Notes under the pieces: generated by a model
Database searches by the model: none
What the model saw: only the letters and a program-made list of their open reading frames with translations
What the model was told of the DNA's origin: nothing
Program-made: the position numbers and the translations under genes
In this document: piece after piece, positions 7,364 to 16,813 of the stretch
How positions within the stretch are numbered: position 1 is the first letter of the stretch
Layout of the letters: each line of letters opens with the position of its first letter
Source: a virus
Lineage: Duplodnaviria > Caudoviricetes
Length of the DNA stretch: 55,445 nt
Direction: 5' to 3' (one strand)
IMG/VR virus record: IMGVR_UViG_3300043654_000004
Coordinates: 1 to 55,445 of that record

Positions 7364-7879
7364 ATGCTTAGAAACCCAAATGATGTGATTTTGTCAGATG
7401 TACATCACGACGTTGATATGCACGCCGATTGGCTTTCATCCGTAGCAAAAGGAATTATTTTTGAGATAGGTGTACGAACAGGAATATCTACTGCATCTTT
7501 TCTTCGAGGGCTAGAAAAGAACGGCGGGCATCTTTATAGTTGCGAAATTAACCCTACATGTTCTGATATTTTTGCTGGACACCCACAATGGACTTTTATT
7601 CTTGGTGATAGTAGAAAGCCAGAAACGATTGTTACTAAGATTCCGAATAAGTTAGACATTTTGATGATTGATGGCGATCATACTTATGAAGGCGTGAAAG
7701 ATGATCTTAACAATTACACCCCATTAGTTAAATCTGGTGGTCGGATTATTCTTCATGACGTTTGTTCTGGGTACGATCCGGGAGTTCGACAAGCATTCGA
7801 TGAATTCATTGAACAGACAGAATGGGACGCAAATATTTATGAATCATGGGTGGGGCTTGGGGAGCTTTTAGTTCCATGA
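7364..7879 (+). CDS. Class I SAM-dependent methyltransferase (Methyltransf_24-like)
   Basis: EIGVRTGIST, IDGDHTYEGV, GGRIILHD motifs. Confidence 0.88.
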   Translation: MLRNPNDVILSDVHHDVDMHADWLSSVAKGIIFEIGVRTGISTASFLRGLEKNGGHLYSCEINPTCSDIFAGHPQWTFILGDSRKPETIVTKIPNKLDILMIDGDHTYEGVKDDLNNYTPLVKSGGRIILHDVCSGYDPGVRQAFDEFIEQTEWDANIYESWVGLGELLVP

Positions 7880-8715
7880 TTATCGACTGTTGTATGTTCT
7901 ATAATGAAGTGTCTATGCTCGATTTGAGACTTCATGAATTAAATTCTGTAGTAGATAAATTTGTCATTGTTGAAGCAGAAGAAACAATTGGTTCTGGTCA
8001 GAAGCGTAAAGCAGTTCTTCCCGATAATTGGGAAATCATTAAACCATTTGAAAATAAAGTTCATTATAAATTACTTCCGAAACTTGAACCGCCATTTACG
8101 GGATTACCGGGCGATCCTTGGGGCAGGGAACGATTTCAACGTAATCAACTTCTGACAGCGGCTTTAGAACTGAATCCGCAACAAGATGACACATTAATTA
8201 TTTCTGACGTAGATGAAATCCCCGATCCAAAAGTAATCATTGATAATATTTATCGGCTAGATAAAGGTATTTGTCGATTAGCGATGAAATTCTTTTACTA
8301 TAACGTCAACAATTTTTTAGGCACTTGGACACGCGGTTCAACGATGGGACAACTTTCACATTACGTGCAAGTTAGTCCTGAAGATTCACGATATAAAAAT
8401 CAAGATAACGAACACATTATTGAAAACGCCGGATGGCATTTTAGTTTCTTCGGCGGCGTAGACAATATCAAAGATAAAGTAACTCACTATTCTCATGCCT
8501 TAGATGGTATTTGTACAGATTTACGGGCAAGAGATGATAAAGAATTGATTAAAGATGTTCTTGCAGGTCAAGACTTATTTCGTAGAGAAGGCATGAATAA
8601 GTTTATCAAGACTTCGACTTTTGATCCGACTTTACCTAAATTTTACTTAAATAACCTTGGTCGTTATAAACAGTTTACAGAAGAATATTTTGTAGAGAAA
8701 CATAGACATTGCTAA
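7876..8715 (+). CDS. GT17-like (GlcNAc-transferase III/MGAT3-like) glycosyltransferase
   Basis: Start at ATGA overlap; IIDCCMFYNE, LDLRLHEL, FVIVEA, ERFQRN, SDVDEIP, GWHFSF motifs. Confidence 0.88.
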   Translation: MIIDCCMFYNEVSMLDLRLHELNSVVDKFVIVEAEETIGSGQKRKAVLPDNWEIIKPFENKVHYKLLPKLEPPFTGLPGDPWGRERFQRNQLLTAALELNPQQDDTLIISDVDEIPDPKVIIDNIYRLDKGICRLAMKFFYYNVNNFLGTWTRGSTMGQLSHYVQVSPEDSRYKNQDNEHIIENAGWHFSFFGGVDNIKDKVTHYSHALDGICTDLRARDDKELIKDVLAGQDLFRREGMNKFIKTSTFDPTLPKFYLNNLGRYKQFTEEYFVEKHRHC

Positions 8716-8727
8716 ATAGGAGGAGCG

Positions 8728-9534
8728 ATGGCCGTTTGCGCTGATTGTAAAGAAGAGACGAGATTAAGAAAAACAAAAGGCGTGGAATGGCATAAATGTT
8801 GTGGCTGCGGATACTTCGGAGATTTTGAACCGACAGAACGCGCAACAATTGTAATTCCGAGTCGCTATCCTGATATTTTCGGGCCTTGTAAAGACTCGTT
8901 AGATAAATTCGCGCCTCTTGAAAAGAAAATTCTTGTTAGAGATGGACATGATATTCCAGACGCAGCAGGAAATAATTGGGTAACAATTCAAGCGCCAGAA
9001 GGTTTTGTATATTCACGAAATATTAATCTTGGAATCGCACAAGCGAAAGGCGATGTTCTTCTTTGTAATGATGATGTAGTGTTTAAGCATAAACATACAC
9101 TTGAGATTCTTCAGAATATTGCGAGCAAACACCCTGAAGTCGGTATTCTTAGTCCATTGATTGAAGGTAAAGTAGGCGAGTACGTTCAAGGGCATTGCCA
9201 GAATAATCTCGAATATACAACTTGTCGTCTTTGTTTTGTTTGCGTTTTTATTCCTAAGCATATTATAGATGAACTCGGAGTACTTGAAGAGAGTATTGGA
9301 GCAGATGGTTCATACGGATGGGACGACGTAGATTTTTCCCGCCGTGTAACAGACGCGGGGTATAAGTTAGGTGTGACGGCTCGCGCAACTGTGCGTCATG
9401 GGCACATAGACGGTGATTGGAGTACGAGTTTCCGTCGAACTGGAAAAAGCATGGAAGCAATGGATAAGATTGCAGCCGCGCAATTTCGAGCAAAGCATGG
9501 ACATAATGATTTAGGTTGTTATGGACCAAAATAA
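8728..9534 (+). CDS. GT2-family glycosyltransferase with N-terminal Cys4 Zn ribbon
   Basis: CADC...CCGC; NINLGI, LLCNDD, YGWDDVDFSRR motifs. Confidence 0.82.
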   Translation: MAVCADCKEETRLRKTKGVEWHKCCGCGYFGDFEPTERATIVIPSRYPDIFGPCKDSLDKFAPLEKKILVRDGHDIPDAAGNNWVTIQAPEGFVYSRNINLGIAQAKGDVLLCNDDVVFKHKHTLEILQNIASKHPEVGILSPLIEGKVGEYVQGHCQNNLEYTTCRLCFVCVFIPKHIIDELGVLEESIGADGSYGWDDVDFSRRVTDAGYKLGVTARATVRHGHIDGDWSTSFRRTGKSMEAMDKIAAAQFRAKHGHNDLGCYGPK

Positions 9535-10231
9535 GTTACTGTTCGCAGTAATGACTTGTTGGCCAAAACCTTTAAGTCCAATTCAGATGCCAGAACGAGT
9601 TTGTGTAGATCATACAAAGAGACTTCCTTTTATTCGTGAAACATGGGCAAAAGGACTGACTGACTATAAATTCTTTTTTGGTAAAAGTCCGTGTCAAGTA
9701 GAAAGCGATGAAATTGTTCTCAATTGCGGCGATTCTTATTATGAAACCGCATTTAAAGTTCAAGCAATGTGTAAGTGGGCATTAGACAACAATTATAAGT
9801 CATTGTTTAAATGCGACGACGACACTTATTGCCGCCCAGAACGAGTATTTAATGCGGGTTTCTCCGATTATGACTTTGTAGGACGATTACTTCCACCAGA
9901 ACCGAACCATCCTGTTCCTTACCCAATGGGCGGGTGTGGATATTATCTTTCTGAACGAATGTTGACGTTGGCGGCCAATGATAAATTTCCAGTCAATAAC
10001 CCTGAAGGCGACCCACTTAATACTTACGAAGATGGTTGGATTGGTCGAGTAGCACTTGATGCAGGAATAGAATTGAAAGATGACTTTCGACTTCGTTGTC
10101 ATCGTTGTTCGTGGAATTTTACAAATGAATGGATTTTGAATTCGCCAAGACAAGATAATGACATAATTACTTGTTGTGAGTTTGCAGGCGAAGATATGTA
10201 TCTTGCGGAACAGAATTTTAGGAACTCGTAA
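9521..10231 (+). CDS. Second GT31-like glycosyltransferase
   Basis: IRETW, KCDDDTY, GGCGYYLS, YEDGWIG; paralog of 6428-7177. Confidence 0.85.
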   Translation: MDQNKLLFAVMTCWPKPLSPIQMPERVCVDHTKRLPFIRETWAKGLTDYKFFFGKSPCQVESDEIVLNCGDSYYETAFKVQAMCKWALDNNYKSLFKCDDDTYCRPERVFNAGFSDYDFVGRLLPPEPNHPVPYPMGGCGYYLSERMLTLAANDKFPVNNPEGDPLNTYEDGWIGRVALDAGIELKDDFRLRCHRCSWNFTNEWILNSPRQDNDIITCCEFAGEDMYLAEQNFRNS

Positions 10232-10962
10232 TGGCGCTCATAGCAAATGGCGGAACTATAGAAGAGTTTACGATTCATCCTGACGATGTTCCGGTTTACA
10301 TTTGTACATATAATAGATTTTCTTGCACAAAGAAGCTAATCGATTGGCTTTTAGACGCAGGAACAAAGCGAATAGTCATCGTTGATAATCAATCGACATA
10401 TCAGCCACTTCTTGAATATTTCAAAGTGCTTCCGACGAGCGTTGAATTACATTCTATGGAAATGAATGTAGGCCCTTGGAATAGTTGGGAATGGGCAAAT
10501 AAAGATTCAAAAACGCCGTTTATATTTACTGATTCAGACGTTGTTCCGGCAGATTGTTGTCCTAAAGATTTAATTGCTAAATGCTTAAAGACATTTAACG
10601 AAAATCCAAGTGGCGGAATTCCGCATTGTGGAAAAGTTGGTCCCGGACTTAGATTAGATAACGTACCCGAAGAAAATCTTTTAAAGCCAAATTATCATGG
10701 TGGAAATAACCTTAAAGATCATGAAGCGGGCTTTTGGCTATATCGGTTAAACGAATATTGTTTTAGTTCAATGATAGATACAACTTTTGCGCTATATGCC
10801 CCTAACTACGTATTTACACTTCATTGGGCGAATATTCGTTTAGATAAACCATATGTTGTAGAGCATAAGCCTTGGTATTCAAGATCGCCCTATTCCGAAG
10901 AAGAACTATATTATCGAAATCAAAAGCATTGTGCAGGTACGGCCCATTTTGAAAAATTATAG
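10231..10962 (+). CDS. GT2-like glycosyltransferase
   Basis: YICTYNR, IVDNQSTY, FTDSD, IDTTFALY motifs. Confidence 0.8.
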   Translation: MALIANGGTIEEFTIHPDDVPVYICTYNRFSCTKKLIDWLLDAGTKRIVIVDNQSTYQPLLEYFKVLPTSVELHSMEMNVGPWNSWEWANKDSKTPFIFTDSDVVPADCCPKDLIAKCLKTFNENPSGGIPHCGKVGPGLRLDNVPEENLLKPNYHGGNNLKDHEAGFWLYRLNEYCFSSMIDTTFALYAPNYVFTLHWANIRLDKPYVVEHKPWYSRSPYSEEELYYRNQKHCAGTAHFEKL

Positions 10963-11620
10963 GAAGGTCATTAAGAACGATCAAGAGATACTCGTTAAAG
11001 ATCAACCATTTTGGAATTTATTTGACTCGGGTTGGGAAGCTGATTCATTTGATGTTCTAGATCACTTTCTTACGAAAGATGTTATCTACATAGATGTAGG
11101 AGCGTGGATTGGTCCGCTTGTGTTATACGCTTCTCGAAAGTGTAAACAGGCTTATGCAATTGAAGCTGATTCGGTTGCCTATGAAGAACTTTGCAAGAAT
11201 ATTGAAGCAAATATTTTTCAAATTTTAACTTTTAAGCAAGCGATTTACAACTATGACGGCGAAATACAATTGAGCGGCAATGCGGGCGACAGCATGACTC
11301 GCGTAGGTGCGTATAAGACTGATTTTCACGTTCCTTGTCAGACGCTTAATACTTTTGTCATTCAGAATGACATTCAAAATCCTATGTTTATAAAAATGGA
11401 TATTGAGAATGCCGAAGAGTTTGTACTTGAGCAAATAGACTTCTTTGAAAAGTATAAACCAATTCTTTTTATAAGTCTTCATCCACAATGGTTTAAAGAT
11501 CAGGTTAAAGGAATGGAGACAATTAGAAAAGTTGGCCGACTTTATAGGCATCGTTGGAATACAAGCTTGGCTGAAACGAATATTGAAGAAGGTGCAGGTC
11601 CTTGGATATTTTTTGATTAG
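10931..11620 (+). CDS. FkbM-family methyltransferase
   Basis: IDVGAWIG, AIEAD, IKMDIENAE motifs; start uncertain. Confidence 0.88.
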   Translation: MQVRPILKNYRKVIKNDQEILVKDQPFWNLFDSGWEADSFDVLDHFLTKDVIYIDVGAWIGPLVLYASRKCKQAYAIEADSVAYEELCKNIEANIFQILTFKQAIYNYDGEIQLSGNAGDSMTRVGAYKTDFHVPCQTLNTFVIQNDIQNPMFIKMDIENAEEFVLEQIDFFEKYKPILFISLHPQWFKDQVKGMETIRKVGRLYRHRWNTSLAETNIEEGAGPWIFFD

Positions 11621-11628
11621 GAGGAGTT

Positions 11629-12513
11629 GTGAGAATCTTAGTGACGGGAGGCGCTGGATTCATCGGCAGTCATTTAGTCGAACGACTTTTATCTCAAAAG
11701 CACGAACCTGTCGTCGTTGATAATTTGAGTACTGGAAGTAAAGCAAATGTTCCTAAAGATGTAGAATTTCATCAAATAGATTGTAGAAATACAAAAGACC
11801 TAAGAAACGCAGCGTATGCTTGCGAATATGTTTATCATCTTGCTTCAACAGTCGGCGTAAAAAAAGTTCTTAGTAATCCTAAAGAATGTATTGAGAATAT
11901 TATTAAGTCAACTCAGTCTGTTCTGAGTCTCGGCATCCCCGGTATGGATTTTTCGACTTCTGAAGTTTATGGCAAGAACACTAATATACTCTCTGAGAAT
12001 TCTGATCTTATATACTCAAGCAAATCACGATGGTCTTATGCGACTGCAAAGTTAGTTGGCGAATGGTTAGTCGCTTCAGCAGGATGGAAAACGGTTCGGC
12101 TTTTTAATATTGTTGGCCCTCGGCAAATTCCCGGATATGTTTTCTCTAATTTTATAGATCAAGCAAAAACGGGCCGACATATTACAGTCTACGGAACTGG
12201 CGAACAGGTTAGAACGTTTATAGACGTTCGTGATACGGTTGAAATTCTTGATATTCTTCGAGACAAGAAATTTGATTTTGTTAATGTGGGTGCAGCGCAC
12301 ACTCTTTCGATGAAAGAATTGGCCAAGACAGTAAAACGAACGTTGAACTCTACATCTGAAATTGTTACGATTCCGTATGAGAATGTTTATCAAGACGGCT
12401 TTGAGGACTGTTTAAGTCGAATACCAGATTTGACTAAACTACATTCGATTATCGGAGAGTTTGATTATAGACCAATAACGAAGACGATTGTGGATACGGC
12501 CAATGCGCTATAG
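11629..12513 (+). CDS. NAD-dependent nucleotide-sugar epimerase/dehydratase (extended SDR)
   Basis: TGGAGFIGSH, STSEVYG, YATAK (YxxxK), FNIVGPRQ, GTGEQVRTF. Confidence 0.92.
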   Translation: MRILVTGGAGFIGSHLVERLLSQKHEPVVVDNLSTGSKANVPKDVEFHQIDCRNTKDLRNAAYACEYVYHLASTVGVKKVLSNPKECIENIIKSTQSVLSLGIPGMDFSTSEVYGKNTNILSENSDLIYSSKSRWSYATAKLVGEWLVASAGWKTVRLFNIVGPRQIPGYVFSNFIDQAKTGRHITVYGTGEQVRTFIDVRDTVEILDILRDKKFDFVNVGAAHTLSMKELAKTVKRTLNSTSEIVTIPYENVYQDGFEDCLSRIPDLTKLHSIIGEFDYRPITKTIVDTANAL

Positions 12514-13135
12514 TATATTGACGCCAACTCTTTGCCGACCGTCTTTATTGAAGACAGCAGAATCGATTCTTAATCAAACGAATGGTGATTTTGAATGGTG
12601 GATTGCTGTTGATGTTCCGTTGATTATTCATCCTGAGAAACGGAAGATAATCGATAGTCTCCCGAAAGACCCACGGATAAAGATTCATCGCTGTAATAAA
12701 AATCATCATGACTATGGCAATTCTTGTCGATATGCTTTACATGACAAAGCTGTTGGCGATTATATTTGCTACGTTGATGATGATGATATTTATGCCGATA
12801 ATCAAGTATTAGAAACGTTGAATCAGGTTACTATGCCTTGGGCGACGTTTCCGACGATGAGATGGGGAAGTTTTTATTCTGTAGACCCTCCGGGGTTTAA
12901 TAGAAGTGGTTCAGGGATGTTTATACATCGTAGAGAAATCGGGCGATATCCTTGTAAAGACCATTGTGAAGCTCACCAAGAGTTTATGAAGAAGGTTAAG
13001 AAAGAGTTTCCGCATCATGATTTACTTTATGCGGCTGACGGATTGCTTGCTCAATATTTATATGAGAATTATCCGTATCAACGGTTAGATTGTAGACCAT
13101 TGACGATATATCAAGTTTCAAATAAGGGAAAATAA
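12503..13135 (+). CDS. GT2-family glycosyltransferase
   Basis: YSILTPT, GDYICYVDDDD, YAADG motifs. Confidence 0.8.
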   Translation: MRYSILTPTLCRPSLLKTAESILNQTNGDFEWWIAVDVPLIIHPEKRKIIDSLPKDPRIKIHRCNKNHHDYGNSCRYALHDKAVGDYICYVDDDDIYADNQVLETLNQVTMPWATFPTMRWGSFYSVDPPGFNRSGSGMFIHRREIGRYPCKDHCEAHQEFMKKVKKEFPHHDLLYAADGLLAQYLYENYPYQRLDCRPLTIYQVSNKGK

Positions 13136-13137
13136 TT

Positions 13138-13689
13138 ATGGCTTCTGTACTTAAAGCAAATACTAATACAGCGGGTAGCGGCCTTACTAAAGGAGTTTCC
13201 GCAGATTCAGGTAATATTTCTGCTAATGCTAAGGCAGGCGTTGGCCCGCGCAGGCTGACTTATGGTGGGCAAAGTCAAGCTACGAATCCGTGTAACACAC
13301 CTACAGGAACAGTAGGCGGAGTGTTCTGTGATTCAACAGCGGGCGTTACTGGTAATTACATTTATGGGTCGCAGCCAGTACAGCAAGTAATTACTGCTAC
13401 TTTGACCAATAGCTCTGTTGCTACGAGCGGCAGTGTCAGTACAGGAACTTTTATTGCCACAAATACTTTTGTAGCGGGACAAACTGTTCTATTCAGGGGG
13501 CTAACCAATGCTACAGCACTTAATAATCTTTGCGGCGTTGTAACTTCGACCGGACTTTCTAGTTCAGGTTTTCAGGCTACTTTGACAGGTTTTACAGCAG
13601 GCACTGTAGGCTCTGCAACTGAAACGGGAACAGCAGCCGTTATTTATCAGGCACGTGGGGCACTTTTGAGTCAGAGCGCCAACGAATAG
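13138..13689 (+). CDS. Ser/Thr/Gly-rich putative virion protein
   Basis: Composition; contains the beta module (GQTVLFRGLTNATALN) shared with adaptor and nozzle proteins. Confidence 0.65.
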   Translation: MASVLKANTNTAGSGLTKGVSADSGNISANAKAGVGPRRLTYGGQSQATNPCNTPTGTVGGVFCDSTAGVTGNYIYGSQPVQQVITATLTNSSVATSGSVSTGTFIATNTFVAGQTVLFRGLTNATALNNLCGVVTSTGLSSSGFQATLTGFTAGTVGSATETGTAAVIYQARGALLSQSANE

Positions 13690-13752
13690 TCTTGGGGGTT
13701 CGTAATTGCGCCTTTGGCCACATGCACGGACCCTACGAGTTTGGAGGAACGT

Positions 13753-14124
13753 ATGAAATCAGACGCTTCTCTGAAGAGATGGTATAGATTAATTAATAAA
13801 CGTTTCTTTCATAACGAACTTCCAAATAATGTTTGTGTCAGATATGTTACGGATGAAGACGAAGACGAAGATGAAGGTTGCGAAGAACGCTATTATGGTT
13901 GGACGACTGATACATCGCCATTACATAAATACGTAATTATAATTAGTCGAATTAAGAATCCCGGTCCCGTTGCAAAACTGGCCACTCTCGCACATGAAAT
14001 GATACATGTAAAAACAGGTTTACGAGACGATCACGGTAAAATATTTTCTGATTGTCATGAGATGTTGACCGAACGTGGGCTATTTCGTAAAGGCGCGATA
14101 TTGAAAGGATTGACTTTGTTCTGA
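13753..14124 (+). CDS. SprT-like Zn metalloprotease
   Basis: NKRFFHNELP, TLAHEMIH...HGKIF; ATG after GGAGG. Confidence 0.8.
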   Translation: MKSDASLKRWYRLINKRFFHNELPNNVCVRYVTDEDEDEDEGCEERYYGWTTDTSPLHKYVIIISRIKNPGPVAKLATLAHEMIHVKTGLRDDHGKIFSDCHEMLTERGLFRKGAILKGLTLF

Positions 14125-14133
14125 GGAGGACAT

Positions 14134-14403
14134 ATGGCGAAAGAACGAAGACCAGTAAATCAATTAAAAAAGATTTATAGAAAGTTGGCTCATGATCCGA
14201 AGATTCCGGCCCATCTTAGAGTTATTTGTGCTCACTGTTTAGCTCGGTTAGATAATCTGATCGAAATAGAATTTTTTCAAGCAGTATTGACTAAGAAAGC
14301 GGGTAACTCAGCGGGACAATCGAAGAAACAAGAAGACGAGCCGGAAGAAATTGAAGCTCCGGTTGATATGGATGCTATTCTTAGCAATATGAGGGAGAAA
14401 TAA
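14134..14403 (+). CDS. Hypothetical protein
   Basis: SD GAGGAG; operon packing. Confidence 0.7.
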   Translation: MAKERRPVNQLKKIYRKLAHDPKIPAHLRVICAHCLARLDNLIEIEFFQAVLTKKAGNSAGQSKKQEDEPEEIEAPVDMDAILSNMREK

Positions 14404-14624
14404 TGCCGCCAGTCAATATTGCTAAATTAGAAATGGCTAAAGGTTTTGCTAAAGTTTGGACCTATAAAGGATTGGCTGTTCCTTTAGATGACGCACAACT
14501 TCAATTTGCTTGTGATTTTACAAATATGATCTTTACCAGTTTCTTTGAACAACAAGCGAAAGCAATGGTCGCGGCAAAACAAGCAGCCGAGCAAAAAGCA
14601 AAATCTGTTTTAGTCGTGGCATAA
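14403..14624 (+). CDS. Hypothetical protein
   Basis: TAATG overlap with the previous gene. Confidence 0.7.
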   Translation: MPPVNIAKLEMAKGFAKVWTYKGLAVPLDDAQLQFACDFTNMIFTSFFEQQAKAMVAAKQAAEQKAKSVLVVA

Positions 14625-14758
14625 TGGACACGAAAAAAGAAGAATTGGAAGAACAGATTGAACGTTTCCGAAGGATGAGAATTCATCTTGTTAAGAAGGC
14701 TGAAACTCCACTATTGAAGAAATTAGACGAAGAAATTTATTTTGGGAGGACAAAATGA
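14624..14758 (+). CDS. Small hypothetical protein (44 aa, not in ORF track)
   Basis: TAATG overlap; MDTKKEELEEQIERFRR... Confidence 0.55.
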   Translation: MDTKKEELEEQIERFRRMRIHLVKKAETPLLKKLDEEIYFGRTK

Positions 14759-14901
14759 ACGGTACTCAATATCATCAGAAGACATTTACATTGCCTGCCA
14801 GCGAGAAAACTTCTCAAGTAAAGTGGGATATGTGCTTCCTTTCATTGAAAGATTTTTTAGCCAAGTACGGCTATGAGAAGCCTGATGCAAGAAATAATTA
14901 A
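14755..14901 (+). CDS. Small hypothetical protein (48 aa, not in ORF track)
   Basis: SD GGAGG, ATGA overlap; MNGTQYHQKTFTLPASEK... Confidence 0.6.
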   Translation: MNGTQYHQKTFTLPASEKTSQVKWDMCFLSLKDFLAKYGYEKPDARNN

Positions 14902-15385
14902 TGGAATTTGGGTTGGTTCTGACAAAGATGTTTCCGAAGCTAAGCGTAGGGGGTATAGCAGACTTACGTGCGCTAAAGACGGACCTGACGGCCACAGAGA
15001 AATGCTCAGGTATACATCGCTCGGAGCACCTAAAGATGCAAACTATCTCTTTGTTCAAAAAGGTGAGCACGCAGCCCTGAATTGCATCGATGTTGACGAC
15101 CCTAACATGATTCCAGTCAAGATGTTGGATCAAGGGTTGAAATTCATTCACGAACAAAGATTAGCAGGACATAAGATATTAATACATTGTAATGCAGGGC
15201 GTAGTCGCGGGCCTAGCACAGCCCTTGCTTATTTGCGTACAATCGGTGAAATGCCGCATAGTTTGAAACACAGTGTACATATATACAAAACGCTTTATCC
15301 TCCCTTTGATCCGGGGAAGGGAATGAAAGCAAAGTTAGTAGAGAATTGGGATCGCTGGAAGGATATCTATGCCGGGAGTTCTTGA
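14885..15385 (+). CDS. Dual-specificity protein phosphatase
   Basis: EIINGIWVGS; catalytic loop ILIHCNAGRSRG (HCxxGxSR). Confidence 0.9.
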   Translation: MQEIINGIWVGSDKDVSEAKRRGYSRLTCAKDGPDGHREMLRYTSLGAPKDANYLFVQKGEHAALNCIDVDDPNMIPVKMLDQGLKFIHEQRLAGHKILIHCNAGRSRGPSTALAYLRTIGEMPHSLKHSVHIYKTLYPPFDPGKGMKAKLVENWDRWKDIYAGSS

Positions 15386-16007
15386 TAAAGTTATGGGCGC
15401 GTGGGGTTCGGTCGGTAGTAAGATCGCAACCGCGCCAAATAGTGAAGCTGAAGGAATTAAAGCGAGGCAGGAACAGGTTAAATCTTGGAATGATCTTCAA
15501 GGTGGAAAGCCAGAGCCGCCCAAGGCTGAAGCGCCAATGAATAACGCTGACAAGATTCATCCTAATTCTAAATATGGTGACCGACCCGGCGAGAAGCGGA
15601 TTGATGTTTCTTCATACGCCAAAGGTACGACTAAAGTTCCCAAAACGGGGCTAGCAGTAGTTCACAAAGGCGAGGCTATAATCCCCGCAAAGGAAAATCC
15701 AATGAATAAAGGCGGTATGGACGCAGTAATGGGGCTGGCAAAAGATAAAGCTCCGAAAAAAGAAATTAAGGAAATGGTGCATAGTAAGTCTCATAATGGA
15801 AAACATATTGTAGTTCATCGGCACCATTCGCCAGCGCATCATCCTGACGAAACCCATGTTATGAATAGCATGGATGAGTTACACTCTCACCTTGAAGACC
15901 ATGCTGGAACTCCAAATGAAGGCGAAGCCGCACCAGCCGCAGGAGCGGAACAACCCGCCCCACTGACAGCCGCGCCATCTCCCGCGCCAGCGCCCGCAGG
16001 TATGTAA
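15369..16007 (+). CDS. Hypothetical protein with His-rich C-terminal half
   Basis: YAKGTTKVPKTGLAVVHKGEAIIP motif; His-rich tract; possible internal start at 15702. Confidence 0.7.
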   Translation: MPGVLDKVMGAWGSVGSKIATAPNSEAEGIKARQEQVKSWNDLQGGKPEPPKAEAPMNNADKIHPNSKYGDRPGEKRIDVSSYAKGTTKVPKTGLAVVHKGEAIIPAKENPMNKGGMDAVMGLAKDKAPKKEIKEMVHSKSHNGKHIVVHRHHSPAHHPDETHVMNSMDELHSHLEDHAGTPNEGEAAPAAGAEQPAPLTAAPSPAPAPAGM

Positions 16008-16456
16008 TGCTGATAAATATTTCAGCGATTAAGGGCGAAGCCGGAACAGGCTATGAGGCTGAAAATGGCAAAGGTGAATTTGAATGTAAGAATTGCCATT
16101 TTTATAGACCCGAAAATAGTTCTTGTGGCCAAAAAGAAATGGTTGAGAAATCTAAACAGCCAAGAACTTCTGATGGAAGAGTAAAAGTAGACCCTGAAGG
16201 CTGCTGTGAATTCGTTGATCGGGTTGGTAAGGTTGAGAGTAGAGAGGAAAATATGGCAGAACATAATCCAGAGGAAAAGAAACATTTTGCCCGAGCGATG
16301 CATAAATTGCATGGCGGGGCATTGCATGAACATTTTGGAATTTCGGCTGATAAGCCTATTCCAATGGAGAAGAAAGAAGAAGCTGCCCGAAGCAGCAATA
16401 AGCATGTAGCGGCTATGGGCAGAATGGCCGTGGCAATGCATGGCTGGAAGCATTAA
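16007..16456 (+). CDS. HiPIP-like Cys-rich domain fused to a small basic domain
   Basis: CKNCHFY...C...VDPEGCCEF Cys spacing; internal SD plus ATG at 16253. Confidence 0.55.
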   Translation: MLINISAIKGEAGTGYEAENGKGEFECKNCHFYRPENSSCGQKEMVEKSKQPRTSDGRVKVDPEGCCEFVDRVGKVESREENMAEHNPEEKKHFARAMHKLHGGALHEHFGISADKPIPMEKKEEAARSSNKHVAAMGRMAVAMHGWKH

Positions 16457-16479
16457 GAAATAAGAAAAAGGAAAATATT

Positions 16480-16803
16480 ATGGCAAAACAAGAAACTTCA
16501 GCAGGCTGTTATCCCGGAGAAAGATTGATGGGACTTTCATTAAGACGGGCAGGCAATAGCGATATTGATACGCTAGGATGCCCCGCACCAGCAGGCGAAT
16601 CGCCAGTCAATCCACGTAAACCGGGCGGGTTTAACAGCGCTGGAACCAAACGGGCAGGAGATACAGCAGGAGCGAGTTATTCGCCATTTCCTCCTACCGC
16701 GCCAGCAGATTATAAGGGCGGTGTAGGAACGGGACAAGGTAAAGGAATGCACGGCGCAGCTAAGAATGCAGCCAAGCGCTCTTGTTCTGGAGACAATTGC
16801 TAA
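16480..16803 (+). CDS. Gly/Pro-rich hypothetical protein
   Basis: SD AAGGA; operon position. Confidence 0.7.
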   Translation: MAKQETSAGCYPGERLMGLSLRRAGNSDIDTLGCPAPAGESPVNPRKPGGFNSAGTKRAGDTAGASYSPFPPTAPADYKGGVGTGQGKGMHGAAKNAAKRSCSGDNC

Positions 16804-16813
16804 TCGGAGAACT

